The notes under the pieces were generated by a model. The model did not search any database. It saw only the letters and a program-made list of their open reading frames with translations, and had not been told where the DNA came from. A DNA stretch of 63,713 nucleotides, filler included, from Craspedostauros australis (taxonomy: Eukaryota): the NCBI GenBank assembly GCA_030167865.1. It is 10 parts of 10 records of this genome, joined end to end, with 100 filler letters (N's around TTAATTAATTAA, not from the genome) between each part and the next. Parts side by side here need not be neighbours in the genome. Positions count along the whole stretch, not along the records: positions 1 to 6,665 come from JALAGF010003584.1; positions 6,766 to 12,244 come from JALAGF010003585.1; 8 more parts are not named here. The stretch is one strand, 5' to 3'. Positions 1 through 12,344 of the stretch are shown here, piece after piece. Both the position numbers and the translations under genes were made by a program. The stretch's first letter is position 1, and each line of letters starts with the position of its first letter.

Positions 1-708
1 ACAAGTCATCTGCGCTCATTGTACGCGCCAACCCAGTCACATAAATTGCATCGCTCCGCAATCTCTTGTTGTCCCCTCTATCTCATACCCATCCCTCGAG
101 TGTTCCCACTCATAAAAGGACAAAGTACACCAATCGTTGCTCCACTCCCATTCCTCGTTGACACAAAGGCAGAGACGGTGACGAAGACAGAGCGGCAAGA
201 AGCAGAAGGTACGTCGGTGAGAGAGTACAGCGGTATCTGGCTTTCGCTTTCCCCGCTTTTATCGATTGTGGATACAGTACGTGCGTGGAAGCCGATGCCC
301 AACCTGCTCATCCTTCAGCGGTTGCAAGATGCTCGTGGCGGCTGCCCCCAATGGTGAAGCCGTGCCTACCTTCAGCTTTCTCACATGCAGCAGTTCTCTC
401 TCCATCGGTTCTACTCTGCCCTGCTCCGTTCTGCACCGCTGCAACACAATCAGTTGGTGCTCTGGCTTGTCAAAACAGAGCAAAAGATCATCAGCTCACT
501 CTGGCCTCCGTGTTTGGGTCAACGGTTGGCATCATCCTCCAACAGTCGACTGTGCACACTTTCGAACTCGCCGTTTCCAGCAACACCGTAGCGGTCATCT
601 TCACCCTTCCGTCCGGCATCGTCTACCCGTGTTCGTGTTCATCCCTGCACTTTGACAAAGGTAATTGCAACCGCAACTGCAGGTGCAACTGAGACCACCG
701 ATCCAACA

Positions 709-3700
709 ATGGTCGGCTACACGACGCAATCGACCGCGAGCAACGGCAGTGCCGTCGGAAAGTATGGCGACGACAGCGATAAAGACAGCAGCGATGGAGC
801 GCTGAGCCAGTCAGTCAGCGGCATCTCCGACGAGCAATCCGCCACTGGGAATTCAATCGGATGGAGCAGTTCCGCGTCTTCACAGCGCGGTGGTGCAAAG
901 AAGCAACCGCGTTCGGCCAAGGAAACCGAAATTGCAGCAGAGGAAGCCAGGGCAGTGTTTTGGTCCAAGATATGCATGCTCTCGTTGCTGCTCGTATCTG
1001 CCGGCATCGCCAGCGGCCTCGCTTTCCACTTCGCCAGGGAGGCGGAGACATCCGATTTCGAACTTCAGGTAAGCGCCGGTATCCTTCGGCCATCATTCCA
1101 CGATGCTGCATGAATCCGTACGTCCATCTCCATCCTCTTTTTCATTCGTCACCATCGCACTTCACTCACTCACGATGCCGCACACTCGCATTCCATGACC
1201 GCGCTCCTGATGCGTTCTCCACTCTGCGACATCACGTCCCACCGCGATGTACCACCCTTGTACTCGCTCTCATACCCGTACTGACACTTATGTTTAGTTC
1301 CACGACTACGCCAACGAAATCGAGTATGTCACGAAGCAAAACCTCCAGAATGCGCTGGATCTGATTGCAGGCCTTGGAGACTCCGTCACGTCTTACGATC
1401 TGAGCAAGACCAGCAACACGACGTTCCCCTTCGTGACGATCCCGCACTTCGAAATCCGGGGACGCAACTACAGACACGTCTCAGGTGCTCTCATGGTTGG
1501 ATTCGCGCCAACCGTCAATCTCGACCAGCTCAGCCGATGGTCCGACTACTCGGTGAACAATCAAGGCTGGATCCAGGAGTCGCTTGACCTCGAGAATGAC
1601 ACGAAGAGCAGAGAAATGACCCCGACACCTATCCATGAGTCTATCTTTGACGTGAAGAATGAAGGTCGTTTCGTCGATTCTCCTCCAAGGGAGACTCACT
1701 GTCCTCTGTGGCAGCAAAGCCCACCACCTCGGAGCGAGAACTTCATCAATTCGGATCTCTGCTCTTACGACGTCATAGCCGATGTCTTCGAGGCGTCCAA
1801 ACAAACGCAGCGCCCGGCGTTGTCGGAGGTTTCGGATCCAACGACCATCTTTGGCCTCGAAGCCCTGGGTAAAGACAAAGACAAAATTGTCGTGATACAC
1901 CCAAAGAGCATCCTTGTCGAGCCAGTCTTCGATCGATTTCACGATGCTGGCAAGCAAGTCGTGGGAATGCTCGTCGCCGTCATCCCCTGGGAGCTTTACT
2001 TCACGAACGTCATCCAGGAAAACTCCAAGGGTATCATCGCAGTGCTCGGAAGCTCCTGCGGCGATAGATTCTCCTTCCAGATTGATGGCCCCAACGTGTC
2101 TTATCTCGGCTTGGGCGACTTTCATTCCGAGGAGTACACCGACATGGGGCATGTGACCACCTTCACCGATGAGCAGCTGCTAGAGACGGAGCGGACCACC
2201 GTGGGCGGCAAGACCTGCATCTACACGCTGAATCTGTACCCATCGGAGGAGATGGAGAAATCGTATCGCACGGATACGCCAGTGTTCCTAGCTACTGCCG
2301 TCGCGGCCTTGTTCATCTTCACCATGGCCGTGTTCCTTGGGTACGACTTCTTGGTACAACGACGCCAAAGCAAGGTCCAAAATGCAGCCGTCAAATCCAA
2401 CGCCATCGTTTCCTCCCTCTTCCCAGCAAAGGTCCGGGAACGGCTGATGCAGGAGAAGGAGCAGATGATGACATCCGAGCCGCACGATGGCGCCATCAAC
2501 CTGCACACGCAAGGCAAGCTCCAGTCGAAGGGCCCCGTCGACCCCAACCGCCAGCTCTTTCATGAGACAAGCACCTCACCGACCCCGTCGTTGGATGGCG
2601 TGTTCTACGAAACCAAGCCCATCGCGGATCTCTTCCCCAACACAACAGTCCTCTTCTCCGACATCGTAAAATTCACGGCGTGGAGCTCCGTCCGTGAACC
2701 GACGCAGGTCTTCATGCTTCTTGAGACCGTGTACCGCGCATTCGACACGATCGCGAACAAGCGCGGAGTCTTCAAAGTCGAGACGATCGGGGACTGCTAC
2801 GTCGCCGTGGCTGGACTTCCAGAACCAAGGGATGACCATGCCGTCATCATGGCACGCTTTGCCAACGATTGCATGAAGAAGATGAACGAGCTGTCGAAGA
2901 TGCTCGAAGTGACGTTGGGACCTGACACCGGCGACCTCATGATGAGAATGGGCCTGCACTCGGGACCAGTCACAGCTGGAGTCCTCCGCGGCGACAAGTC
3001 CAGATTCCAGCTGTTCGGCGATACCGTCAACACAGCAGCTCGAGTCGAGGCCACCGGTGCGCGCGGTCGCATCCACCTGTCGGAAAGCACAGCCAATCTG
3101 CTCATCGCTGCAGGTAAGAAGGCCTGGATCATGCCGCGAGACGAGACCGTTGTTGCCAAAGGCAAGGGGGCCATTACAACTTTCTGGCTTCAATCCAAGG
3201 ACACGGCGGAGAGAACCGGAGATTCCATCACCGAAGCCACGAGCACGGCTGGCGCAGACCAACAATCAAACATCCCCGGTGCGTCGGGTCATGGCATGAC
3301 GGCATGCCAACAGAGCAGCCCAGCTGCCGTTAGCCTTCCATCTACACCGCCCATCTTGAGACAGTCCCAGAGCGCGATGGACAAGCTCCCAAGATACCTC
3401 CAAAGCACACCCAAACAGCAACGTTTGGTTAAATGGAACGTCGACATCCTTGCCAGATTGTTGCTGGTGATGATCGAGAAGCGCCAGCCGACTTCCACGA
3501 ATCGTTCCGTTGATGGGTCCCTCGCCAACACGGAGGAGATGATCTGTCAAAGGAGCTACCCCTTGAATGAGGTCGTAGAGTTCGTGAGTCTCCCAGGATT
3601 TTCAAAGAACCGCAACTCGATCAAGTCTTTCAAGAACATCGCTCCGGCCGTCATCAGCGATGAGGTCCACGCTCAACTCGAACTCTACGTGGGAACAATC

Positions 3701-4639
3701 GCCTCGATGTACCGCAACAACTCCTTCCACAACTTCGAGCACGCATCGCACGTCACTATGTCAGTCACGAAGCTTCTTTCCAGAATAGTGGCACCAGACA
3801 TCGAAGAGGATGGCCAGGACCGCGCGCAATGCCTCCATGACCACACATACGGCATCACGTCGGACCCACTCACACAGTTCGCTGTCGTCCTCTCAGCTCT
3901 CATCCATGATGTGGATCATGTTGGGGTCCCCAACTTCCTCCTCCTTGCTGAGAATGAACGCCTTGCGAAGCGGTTCAAGAACAAGAGCGTGGCAGAACAA
4001 AACTCCATCGAATTGGCATGGGACATACTCATGCAACCGAAGTTTGACAGTCTGAGGAACTGCATCTACACGGACGCGCACGAGCTCAAGAGATTCCGGC
4101 AACTCATGGTCAACTCCGTTCTGGCCACGGACATCTTTGACGCCGAGCTCAGCACGCTGCGAAAGAATCGGTGGGAGAGAGCCTTTAGCAGCAACAGCAG
4201 TACAGACTCCAGCAAAACCGTCGACACAAACAGGAAGGCCACGATCGTCATTGAGCATCTCATCCAGGCCTCGGATGTAGCCCATACTATGCAGCATTGG
4301 CACGTCTACCAGAAATGGAACGAGCGGCTGTTCCACGAGATGATGCATGCGCATATCTCCGGACGATCCCAGAAAAATCCGTCCCAAAGCTGGTACGAAG
4401 GTGAGCTCAAGTTCTACGACAACTACATCATCCCGCTGGCGAAGAAGTTGAAGGAGTGCGGCGTGTTTGGTGTCAGCTCAGATGAATGCCTCAACTATGC
4501 CATGGAGAATCGGCGTGAATGGGCCAAGAAGGGGCACGATATCGTGGAGCAGATGTCGGCGCAGTACAAGAGCGAAGGCAGTGGCGGAAGTAGTAGTGGC
4601 GACAAAGGACGCGCTGGTGGGGCGGGGATGCGAGTGTGA
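709..4639 (+). CDS. Membrane receptor-type class III nucleotide cyclase / class I phosphodiesterase fusion (TM - CHASE-like sensor - TM - cyclase - PDE), ~1233 aa; exons 709-1068 and 1298-4639
   Basis: ATG at 709. Intron 1069-1297 (CAG|GTAAGC ... CTGAC ... TTTAG|TTC) joins the ORFs in frame (DFELQ|FHDYANE). Two hydrophobic helices flank the sensor region. Cyclase motifs: FSDIVKFT, KVETIGDCY, GLHSGPV, FGDTVNTAARVE. PDE motifs: FHNFEH, HDVDH, LATD, ASDVAH. Confidence 0.93.
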
Positions 4640-4736
4640 GTGGGGCACAGCAGCTCCAACGATCACAAGGTCAACATGGTTTAGAGACATCGCATGAATA
4701 ATAGAATGGTTGTCATAGGAATTTCACCACGCATTA

Positions 4737-5066
4737 TGTTGGAAATCCGGGGTGGTGTGATAGTAGAAAGCTAATCGTTTGTTAGAATCTACTTCTCTGA
4801 ACTGTGAGCTCTTCATTGCTCTCAATGTCAAAGTCCGATCTCCTCCTGAGATCTCCATGGGTCCCTCTGTTGGTCTAGCAAGCATCCATCTTGCATTCAT
4901 CGCAAATTCATCATGGACATGCATGCACCACCAAGTACCCCATGTCTGTGCACACAAGCATGTTGTTCTCTGCTGATAGTTTTGTTGCCTTAGACATTGC
5001 CAAGTCGTAGGCATCACGCAGCTTGGTCCATTCGATCAGATCACAATCCTCCATTCGTCACAGGAA
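4737..5066. mobile_element. LTR-like repeat family A, copy 1 (truncated where family B begins)
   Basis: Starts TGTTGGAAATCCGGGGTGGT and aligns by eye over ~330 bp with 11284-11613. Lies near a Copia RT fragment. Confidence 0.7.
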
Positions 5067-5870
5067 TGTTGGCAAGTTCCATGATTGGAAGCCTATGATC
5101 GTGGAAGACAGTGTTGGTTGATAGTCGTTTGTTTGCTATTTCATTACGTTGGGACTCTGATCCTCTCGGTGTCCTCTCTCTTGCCCGATGCTCTCGGCGC
5201 TTCAATCTGTTTTGTAGATTGGGTGTCTGACTATGAGTCGGTGTGCGAGATGCTCTCTCGCTACTCTTCGTATTCTCTCTCTCTCTCTCAATATTGTGTA
5301 CTCGTGCTACACGATACTTCACGTTTGATGCATACTCCGCATTCGATACTTTGTTTGTTCACTACTGGTTCCTACTCCATGACTACTTACCATTTGAACT
5401 TCACCTCCTGTATCCATGATCTTGATGTCCTTTGGTCATCGGATCTTTGCCTCCTGCTCTGACATGGAGACAGATGTCGACATGGTGACACGATGACATC
5501 CTGTCAACGTCAGTAGGCGTCCTTCTGCTCTCCAGATGTCATGTTCCATTGGTGATGCATGAGTCTGTCAGATGATATCGTCATCTGAGGTTTAGTTGGG
5601 AGGTACCTCAAGATTCGCTTGGTACCATACATTTCCATTGGTGGATGGACAGACAATATTTCTAATTCTCTCAGAAATCGTCGATTGCAAATTTCCTCCA
5701 GAAATTCTGCTCATTTTCGTGTGTTCCATTTCCGCTGTAATTCTGACGAATCACAGCATACTATCGGCACGAATGTAGTTATACCGTCCAAGTGCGTATG
5801 AGAGAATAACGGGTGAACGATGCACATATACACGTACATCTCGACATATACTCACATGTACATCTCGACA
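5067..5870. mobile_element. LTR-like repeat family B, copy 1 (right boundary uncertain)
   Basis: Starts TGTTGGCAAGTTCC. Shares blocks with 11080-11283 (GACAGTGTTGG, GTTTGCTATTTCATTACGTTG, CTGACTATGAGTC..TCAATA). Ends ...TCGACA where the Copia RNase H is cut off. Confidence 0.5.
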
Positions 5871-6665
5871 GATGGGTTCTTGGTGATGAAGATTGCTCCA
5901 ATGTTGTCCACATGGACCTTGATCGGTGTCTTCACTGGGACGCCCACACTTTCGAGTAGCTGCATGACGAAGAAGATCTCCTTTGCCGCTTTGGAAAGGG
6001 CAACGTATTCTGCTTCGGATGAGCTNNNNNNNNNNNNNNNNNNNNNNNNNNNNNNNNNNNNNNNNNNNNNNNNNNNNNNNNNNNNNNNNNNNNNNNNNNN
6101 NNNNNNNNNNNNNNNNNNNNNNNNNNNNNNNNNNNNNNNNCAGAAGAGCTCCATGTCCCAGCCGTCGTCGTCTGGACGTGCTGGATGGATCTTCAATCCA
6201 TAGTCCTTTGTATCGATCACATACTTGATGATCCAATACATTTCCTTCATTGCGGCCTTGGTGGGCCCGATCAATACCTTAGAGAGTTCCCTCACAGGGT
6301 TCGCGATATCTGGTCGCGAGTGCTTGATGAGGAAGAGTAGCATACCGACGCCTTGGCGGTACTCAGCATGTTCTTCCGGTCCGACCTTCTGTAGTCCGTT
6401 GTCTTCAGATGGTCGTACGATGATTTGACCCGGGGTTCCCGGTGTCCCATAGCGTTGCATCTTCTCAACCTTGGTTCCGAACTCTTCGATGAGATGTCGG
6501 ATGAGATGTGGTTGACGCAATGTCGCTCTAGTCTTGTCATGGTTCAGTTCGATGTTGCAGCTGAGGTAGTCCCCGAGTCCGCGCTCGATTGTCACCTTGA
6601 ACTTGCTGCCTTGGATGTCCTTCAGGAATGTCTCTAGTGCCTTGGAGTCTCCGCAACAGAAGCAA
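5871..6665 (-). mobile_element. Ty1/Copia retrotransposon RT-RNase H fragment (internal N gap, truncated at both ends)
   Basis: Copia RT/RNase H motifs GLGDYLSCNI, YRQGVGMLLFL, SRPDIANPVRELSK, SSSEAEYVALS, VDNIGAI. The C-terminal RTKHID motif is missing. Confidence 0.9.
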
Positions 6666-6765
6666 NNNNNNNNNNNNNNNNNNNNNNNNNNNNNNNNNNN
6701 NNNNNNNNNTTAATTAATTAANNNNNNNNNNNNNNNNNNNNNNNNNNNNNNNNNNNNNNNNNNNN
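6666..6765. other. Artificial contig spacer N44-TTAATTAATTAA-N44 (also at 12245-12344, 31819-31918, 36852-36951, 39196-39295, 46220-46319, 47748-47847, 53180-53279, 62325-62424)
   Basis: Nine identical 100-nt blocks whose 12-mer core puts stop codons in all six frames. Confidence 0.98.
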
Positions 6766-8079
6766 GCCACGCAGCGGATGTACCAGTCAAAGACGTCGGA
6801 GCAACGGTAGTTGTCCATCGAGTTGGCGCCCTGGATCATGAAGTCGATCATTCCGCATTCGGACTCCTCGACGACATAGCAGGTGGTGTCAGCCTTGCCG
6901 CGACCCCGTCCGTTGCCGCGGTATGTTCCATGGTACGTGCTTCCATCGTAGCAGAACGGAAGAGGTCCGGTGTGTCCCTCTGGAAGGTAGGTGATGCTGT
7001 CGCAGCCTGGTCCCTGCTCTTCGGTCGGTGCCAAACTGGTGGTCGGCTCGAAGCTCACGCTGGGCGGGTTGGTGGGCTTGGGGCGTGTTGGAGCGCTAGT
7101 CGGGGCGCTGGTCGGTGCCGGGGTCGGGCCTGCATGTGGCGGAGGAACGCGTGGAGAAGGTGGCGCGAAGTGTGCCACGTGGAATGTGGATCATCGGTGG
7201 ATAATGTGGTAGAAAAAGAGGCAAATGAAGGAAAGAAGGAAGGAAGGAAGGGAGCGAATGAATAGGTTAGTTACAGCCGGATCACGAAAGCACAGTGCGA
7301 GTATGCAAGACAAGCTTCACATTCGCGCGTGTTGGAAGATGAAGACGGCCGTGATAACTTACGGAGCTGAGCATCGAGCTTGCGCTTGATATTGGCGCCA
7401 TCCTCCATGTCAACAACATCGGCAGCGGCATTGACTCTCACGTCGAGGTGGGCATCGATGGCTTCCTCGGTTTCGGCATGAGCATCCTCAATGTCATCCT
7501 CGATGCCATCCTCGGCGTCGGCGAGTTCCTCCTCCTCTTCGTCACCGTGCTCAGAGCATCCGCACTGGATCTCGTAAGTCACGCTGCACATCTCGGTGGG
7601 GACGAACTCGCCGAGATCGCACTCGTCCGGGAATTGGCCGTCCGAGTCCTCGGCCAGCTCATCGAGCTTGTCTGCGTCGATCTTGTCGTCGGAGATGTAG
7701 ATGGAGACCTTGGCGGTGTTGGTGGCGGGATTGCACATGAGGTCGAATGGGTGACCTTCATGATCGAGGTTGGCGCCGAAGGCAAGGGGTCCGAAGTTCT
7801 CGATGCAGATCGGCTCGCCGTTGGTGTAGATCGAGGGGATGACCACACCGGCGAAGGCGATGTCCTGTCCCTCGAAGAAGCTCTGCTTGAGGACGACGCG
7901 GACGGTCTCAAGGTCGGCTGGTTGCTCAGGGGCAAGAGTGAGGGCTTCCTCACCGGCGTTGAGGAGACCAGCCGCGTGGCAGGTTCCGCTTCTGGCCGGC
8001 TTGGCGCAGGTTGGCTTGGAGACCGGGACGGTCTCGTACTCAGGGGCAGCGCTGACGGCCGTGCCTCCGAGAGCCGCCA
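6766..8079. repeat. 1314-bp inverted duplicate of 12345-13658 (contig overlap)
   Basis: Ends and ORF coordinates map with a constant sum of 20424, and the translated ORFs are identical. Each copy starts at a contig edge. Confidence 0.95.
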
Positions 8080-8104
8080 GCAGCGATGCTGCGAGGATGT
8101 TCAT
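6766..8104 (-). CDS. 5' part of the large secreted vWA protein: true start codon and signal peptide, exon 1 (8104-7363), start of exon 2 (7129-6766)
   Basis: MNILAASLLAALGGTAVSA is a signal-peptide-like N-terminus. The sequence mirrors the gene at 12345-17379, whose own first ~25 nt fall inside the spacer. Confidence 0.85.
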
Positions 8105-10334
8105 GGTTGGGGTTGGTTTTGGTTTTGGTTTGATGTTCGAGTGGAGGAGTTGTGGGGTGTGTGCCTACTTATTCTCTCTACCGACAGAGAAAGGGCACTG
8201 TTTGGAGTATCCGGCAAGATGGACTAGAAGACTCTTGGTTGAAAGGTGTTGTGGTGATCGTAGCGCTCCCGTGCGAGGACCCTTGGTTCCTGCCTTTGTC
8301 TTGACTTTGGCCGCGGCGAGAGCGGCGATGTCAATCCACGGAAAGGAAGAGGGAAGGTAGGAAAGCGTGTTGCTTGTTGGTGTATAGGGGAGGCTAGTTG
8401 CCGAGATGAGGCTTCGATGTTACGATCTTGGTTTGTCAGCTCGAACTTTTTGTGAGCAATCTGAGTGGTTGGATGAACTGATGGGCCTTGGCCAGCGATG
8501 GCTGTCGGTATTGCGCCTTGAGTCATCATCTTCTTTGATGTACGAGTACTGGTAGGCTACAGTGCTGCTGTGCTTCGCGCAATCCTGCTCGTGGATGTCA
8601 TGCGATTGCGTGGCGGCTGGGCATAGCCTCTGTGCGGCCATGCGATGCTGGCATTGTGTTGCACGTAGCCGTACTCGTAGGTAGGCATGGCTGCGCAGGC
8701 TCATGCGCATAGACCGTACCATTCACCCAGAGATCGTGGCGATGGAGACCGTTCATGGTTGGAAATCCGTGAGACTGCTGCTCAATGTTTACAGGCACTG
8801 GTGTTGAATGCGAACAATGGCCCATCTCGGCAATTGTCAGAGCAATATGGCTCCCTTCGCGTTGCTGCAGACAAGAGAGTGTTCCCTTTGCGATTGCTCA
8901 TCACAGCGAACGATTTCTCGCTTCCTTCTGTCTGTTGGGTCATCGTCACATGTGAGAAACCATTCTTGTTCGTTGGTCTTGTGCCTTCGCGCGACGCTTT
9001 GGGATGTTGGTTGGTACAAATGCCAAACGCTGACGAACGAGATTTGGCGTGATGGTTCGCGTATGAGCACATCGCACCTGTGGATGTGCCATGGTACGAC
9101 AATCCCTTGCCATCCACGATGCACACGAGCCGCCGGTGCGAACGTGGAGTGCTTCTCTTTCTTCCATGACTGCTAGGATGCTTGTCTGCTGACACAAGCA
9201 GGACTGGGACGATGTCCCACAAGATCGCTCTCAGTCTTTTCGTGTACCGTTCGTGGCTTGACAAATCAATGACACATCTCCAGCTCTCGCAGATACATCT
9301 CGGCAGGTACAAGGTATCGACATCCTCGTTCGTGTTCCAGATACTCGCGCTCCTTTCGGTGACTGGGGCAGAGAGAGAGGTGGCGATCCTCCTGGTTCTG
9401 GTTGTCAACTCCGAACGCGGTTTTCCATCCGAGACTAGAGTGAGACATCATTGGCATCTGGGATTCATACACGTCACATCAGTCTTTGTCATCAGCACCA
9501 GTACCTGGTTTGGGCTGGGTTACAACCATCCGCGACCCAGCCCACCCGTGACGGAATGGTTCGTTCGCTTTGGACCAGAGCACAAGTACGAGCTTGTGTC
9601 GTCAACGATGAATGCTGTTCCATTGTGTTCGTGGGATAAAGTTGATGCAAGACCATGGTGTCAAAGATGCTGTCAGGGCTGGGGTACAAGCCTGCCTGCT
9701 CCGCTAGGTCTTGTCTTCTCCAGTTGTTGGGAGAGCGTTGCACAACCAGGAGATGTTCTCTGGTGGCGCAAGGTTCCGACAGGAACTGCTGGTGTGCCCA
9801 CTCATGCTGTCTCCGAGAGGTTGACGCTTGCAAGGTTTAGTTTGCTGCGTGCGCGAGCTTGGCGTGAACTCTTTTGTGCTGGCGCATCTTTCCCATGCCG
9901 CAGCCGTGGCAACGGCTCTCACGCAGAGCTGGGCACTGAACGACGATGAACGAGTCCAAAGCAGAGTACCATACGACTGGGCAGGTCTGCAGTATGGATC
10001 ACGAAAATCAAGAACACGCACTTTCCACGCATTTCAACTGTCGATTGGCGGAGCGCCACCACCTCCTCCGTCTCTCTCGGCTGTCCATTACCGACCATGC
10101 TTCGGTGCCAGCTTCTCTGCTTTATTTTGGTTGTCGCGAGGCGAGGATGAATTGCTCACCAGCCATTCCAGCCAGGTTCGTCGATCGAACAACAAGAGGC
10201 GCCACGCACGCCTGATCTGTGGCAGGGGCGGAGCCAACCGCTGCCATGAACCATTGCGAACATACGTTGAGCTCGAGGACATCGTTGCACCTCTGCGACT
10301 GATTCTGAAGGTGTCGGTGCCAGATTTGGTCTTG

Positions 10335-10426
10335 GTTGTTGCCATAGTTGTTGTCATAGTTGTTGTCATAGTTGTTGTCATAGTTGTTGTCATAGCTGTC
10401 CCGATAGTTGTTGCCATCGTTATTGG
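10335..10426. repeat. 12-bp minisatellite (CATAGTTGTTGT)n, 4 perfect plus ~4 degenerate units
   Basis: Directly visible; reads NYDN repeats on the minus strand. Confidence 0.9.
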
Positions 10427-11079
10427 GATCACACAAGATTTGCGAAGGAGAAATGTGAGTCGGGTGGTCTTCCTGTATTCGTGATTGGTCTGTCTGGGTC
10501 GCATGACTTCTTGGTCATTCGCAGTCACTTGAACGGACACAGAGGAGGCTCCATTTGCACCTCGACAACTCTGGGAAAACCTGCCCAAGATGTCTGCTTC
10601 AACATCAACGTGTTTCTTTGCTTCTCCGCGTCTCCAGAGATATAGCGAAACAGTTAGAACACTAAGCTAGTACCTCATCAATTCGCTCTCGACCGGACTC
10701 GACCACTCTGTTGTCCGTTTCATGTCGAACTGTTCGTGGCGCCATCGTCATCTTGACGAAAACACAGGTGCGAACATGACCCCATCCAGGATAGGAAGGC
10801 GTAATCGTGCCGATTTTTAATTTGAGGACTTGATTCATGACATTTTGTTGCAGAGAGTATACGAGCGAAGTTAAAAGCTCCTGGGCCCCGTGTTTAACAG
10901 TTCATATTTTCGCATTCATCTACAATTCGACACGTCAACGCAGAGGGGCAAACGAGGTTCGGAATCTCCAGTCGTGCTTCAATTTGCTATCCAATCGTGC
11001 CCTTGATCCAAACACTCACATTTCGTGTGGGTGAGGTGGTTGGGTGCGAACACATGTTGAGGATTGTGAGGTGGCATCA

Positions 11080-11283
11080 TGTTAACAAGTTCCGCTCACG
11101 AATACTCTTGTGATTTTACACGACGGTGTTGGTGGTGGCAGTGGTTACGATTCAGTTTGCTAGTTCATCACGTTGCTATTCCGATTCTGTCTCAGAGTCT
11201 CCTGACTATGAGTCAGCATGCAAGATGTTCTCTCACTATTACTTGTATTCTCTATCAATACTGCATGGTCACACCACCCGATA
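11080..11283. mobile_element. LTR-like repeat family B, copy 2 (interrupted by family A)
   Basis: Starts TGTTAACAAGTTCC; homologous blocks match 5067-5316. Confidence 0.55.
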
Positions 11284-12040
11284 TGTTGGAAATCCGGGGT
11301 GGTGATGATAGTAGAAAGCTAATTGTTTGTTAGAATCTACTTCTCTGAACTGTGAGCTCTTCATTGCTCTCAACTTCCAAAGTTCGATCTCCTCCTGAGA
11401 TCTCCATGGGTCCCTCTGTTGGTCCAGCATGCATCCATCTTGCATTCATTGCGAATTCATCATGGACATACATGCACCACCGAGTACCCCATGTCCGTGC
11501 ACTCAAGCACGTTGTCCTCCACTGATACTTTTGTTGGTTTAGACATTGCCAAGTCACAGGCATCACATGGCTTGTTCCATTCGATCAGATCACAGTCTCC
11601 CATTCATCACAGGGACACCTTGGATGAGGGCTCTCTCAGCTCCTCGACCATCACACATCTCCGATACCTTTCGGATGTATTAGCTCAAACTAGTATTCCC
11701 ATTAGTCGTGTTAAGATTTAGTCTAGTTAGTCAAATGCCCGACTGCTCAGAATGTTTGAGCGGATTGAAGCGTGACTCGATGTCGGTGGGATGGGGTCCC
11801 ACGGGGTCTCTCCCCACGAATCGTGCTCTACTTATGACGATGTCGCGTGTCCGCTGAATTTGGGTTTGGGCGATCGTGCCATCCCACGCCACTTATGGGC
11901 GTGACATGACCTGTCCTGGATGGACAACGTACCAGACCGTTGAATGAACATCATTCCCCAAAAGTGATCGGAAGAGAGTGAACAACAAACTCTCTCTCCG
12001 ACCATCACGAAATTGATGTCTCCTCTCTCGAATGGCAACA
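11284..12040. mobile_element. LTR-like repeat family A, copy 2 (right end uncertain)
   Basis: Starts TGTTGGAAATCC, matches 4737-5064 and continues beyond the point where copy 1 stops. Possible end ...GGCAACA at 12040. Confidence 0.6.
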
Positions 12041-12344
12041 TCGGCACCGCGATGATTGCACGTGGGAGACTCAACGCTCCACTATGTTACTACTAATAGA
12101 GATGATGCAGATCCAACTATAATGGATGCTGCTCATCACCTGCTCACAATCCTTTTGAACGTCTCATTTGGATTTGTATCAGCTTTTAAAGACTAAGACA
12201 CACACTCACACACAAACTCACCAACCTACTGCACTACCACGGATNNNNNNNNNNNNNNNNNNNNNNNNNNNNNNNNNNNNNNNNNNNNTTAATTAATTAA
12301 NNNNNNNNNNNNNNNNNNNNNNNNNNNNNNNNNNNNNNNNNNNN

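Noticed and set aside
6710..6721. Recurrent TTAATTAATTAA palindrome as a biological repeat or piggyBac target
   Set aside because: It is always centred in exactly 44+44 Ns, so it is an assembly spacer.
10335..10426. CRISPR-like array
   Set aside because: Contiguous 12-bp units with no spacers, no cas genes, and a eukaryotic context.
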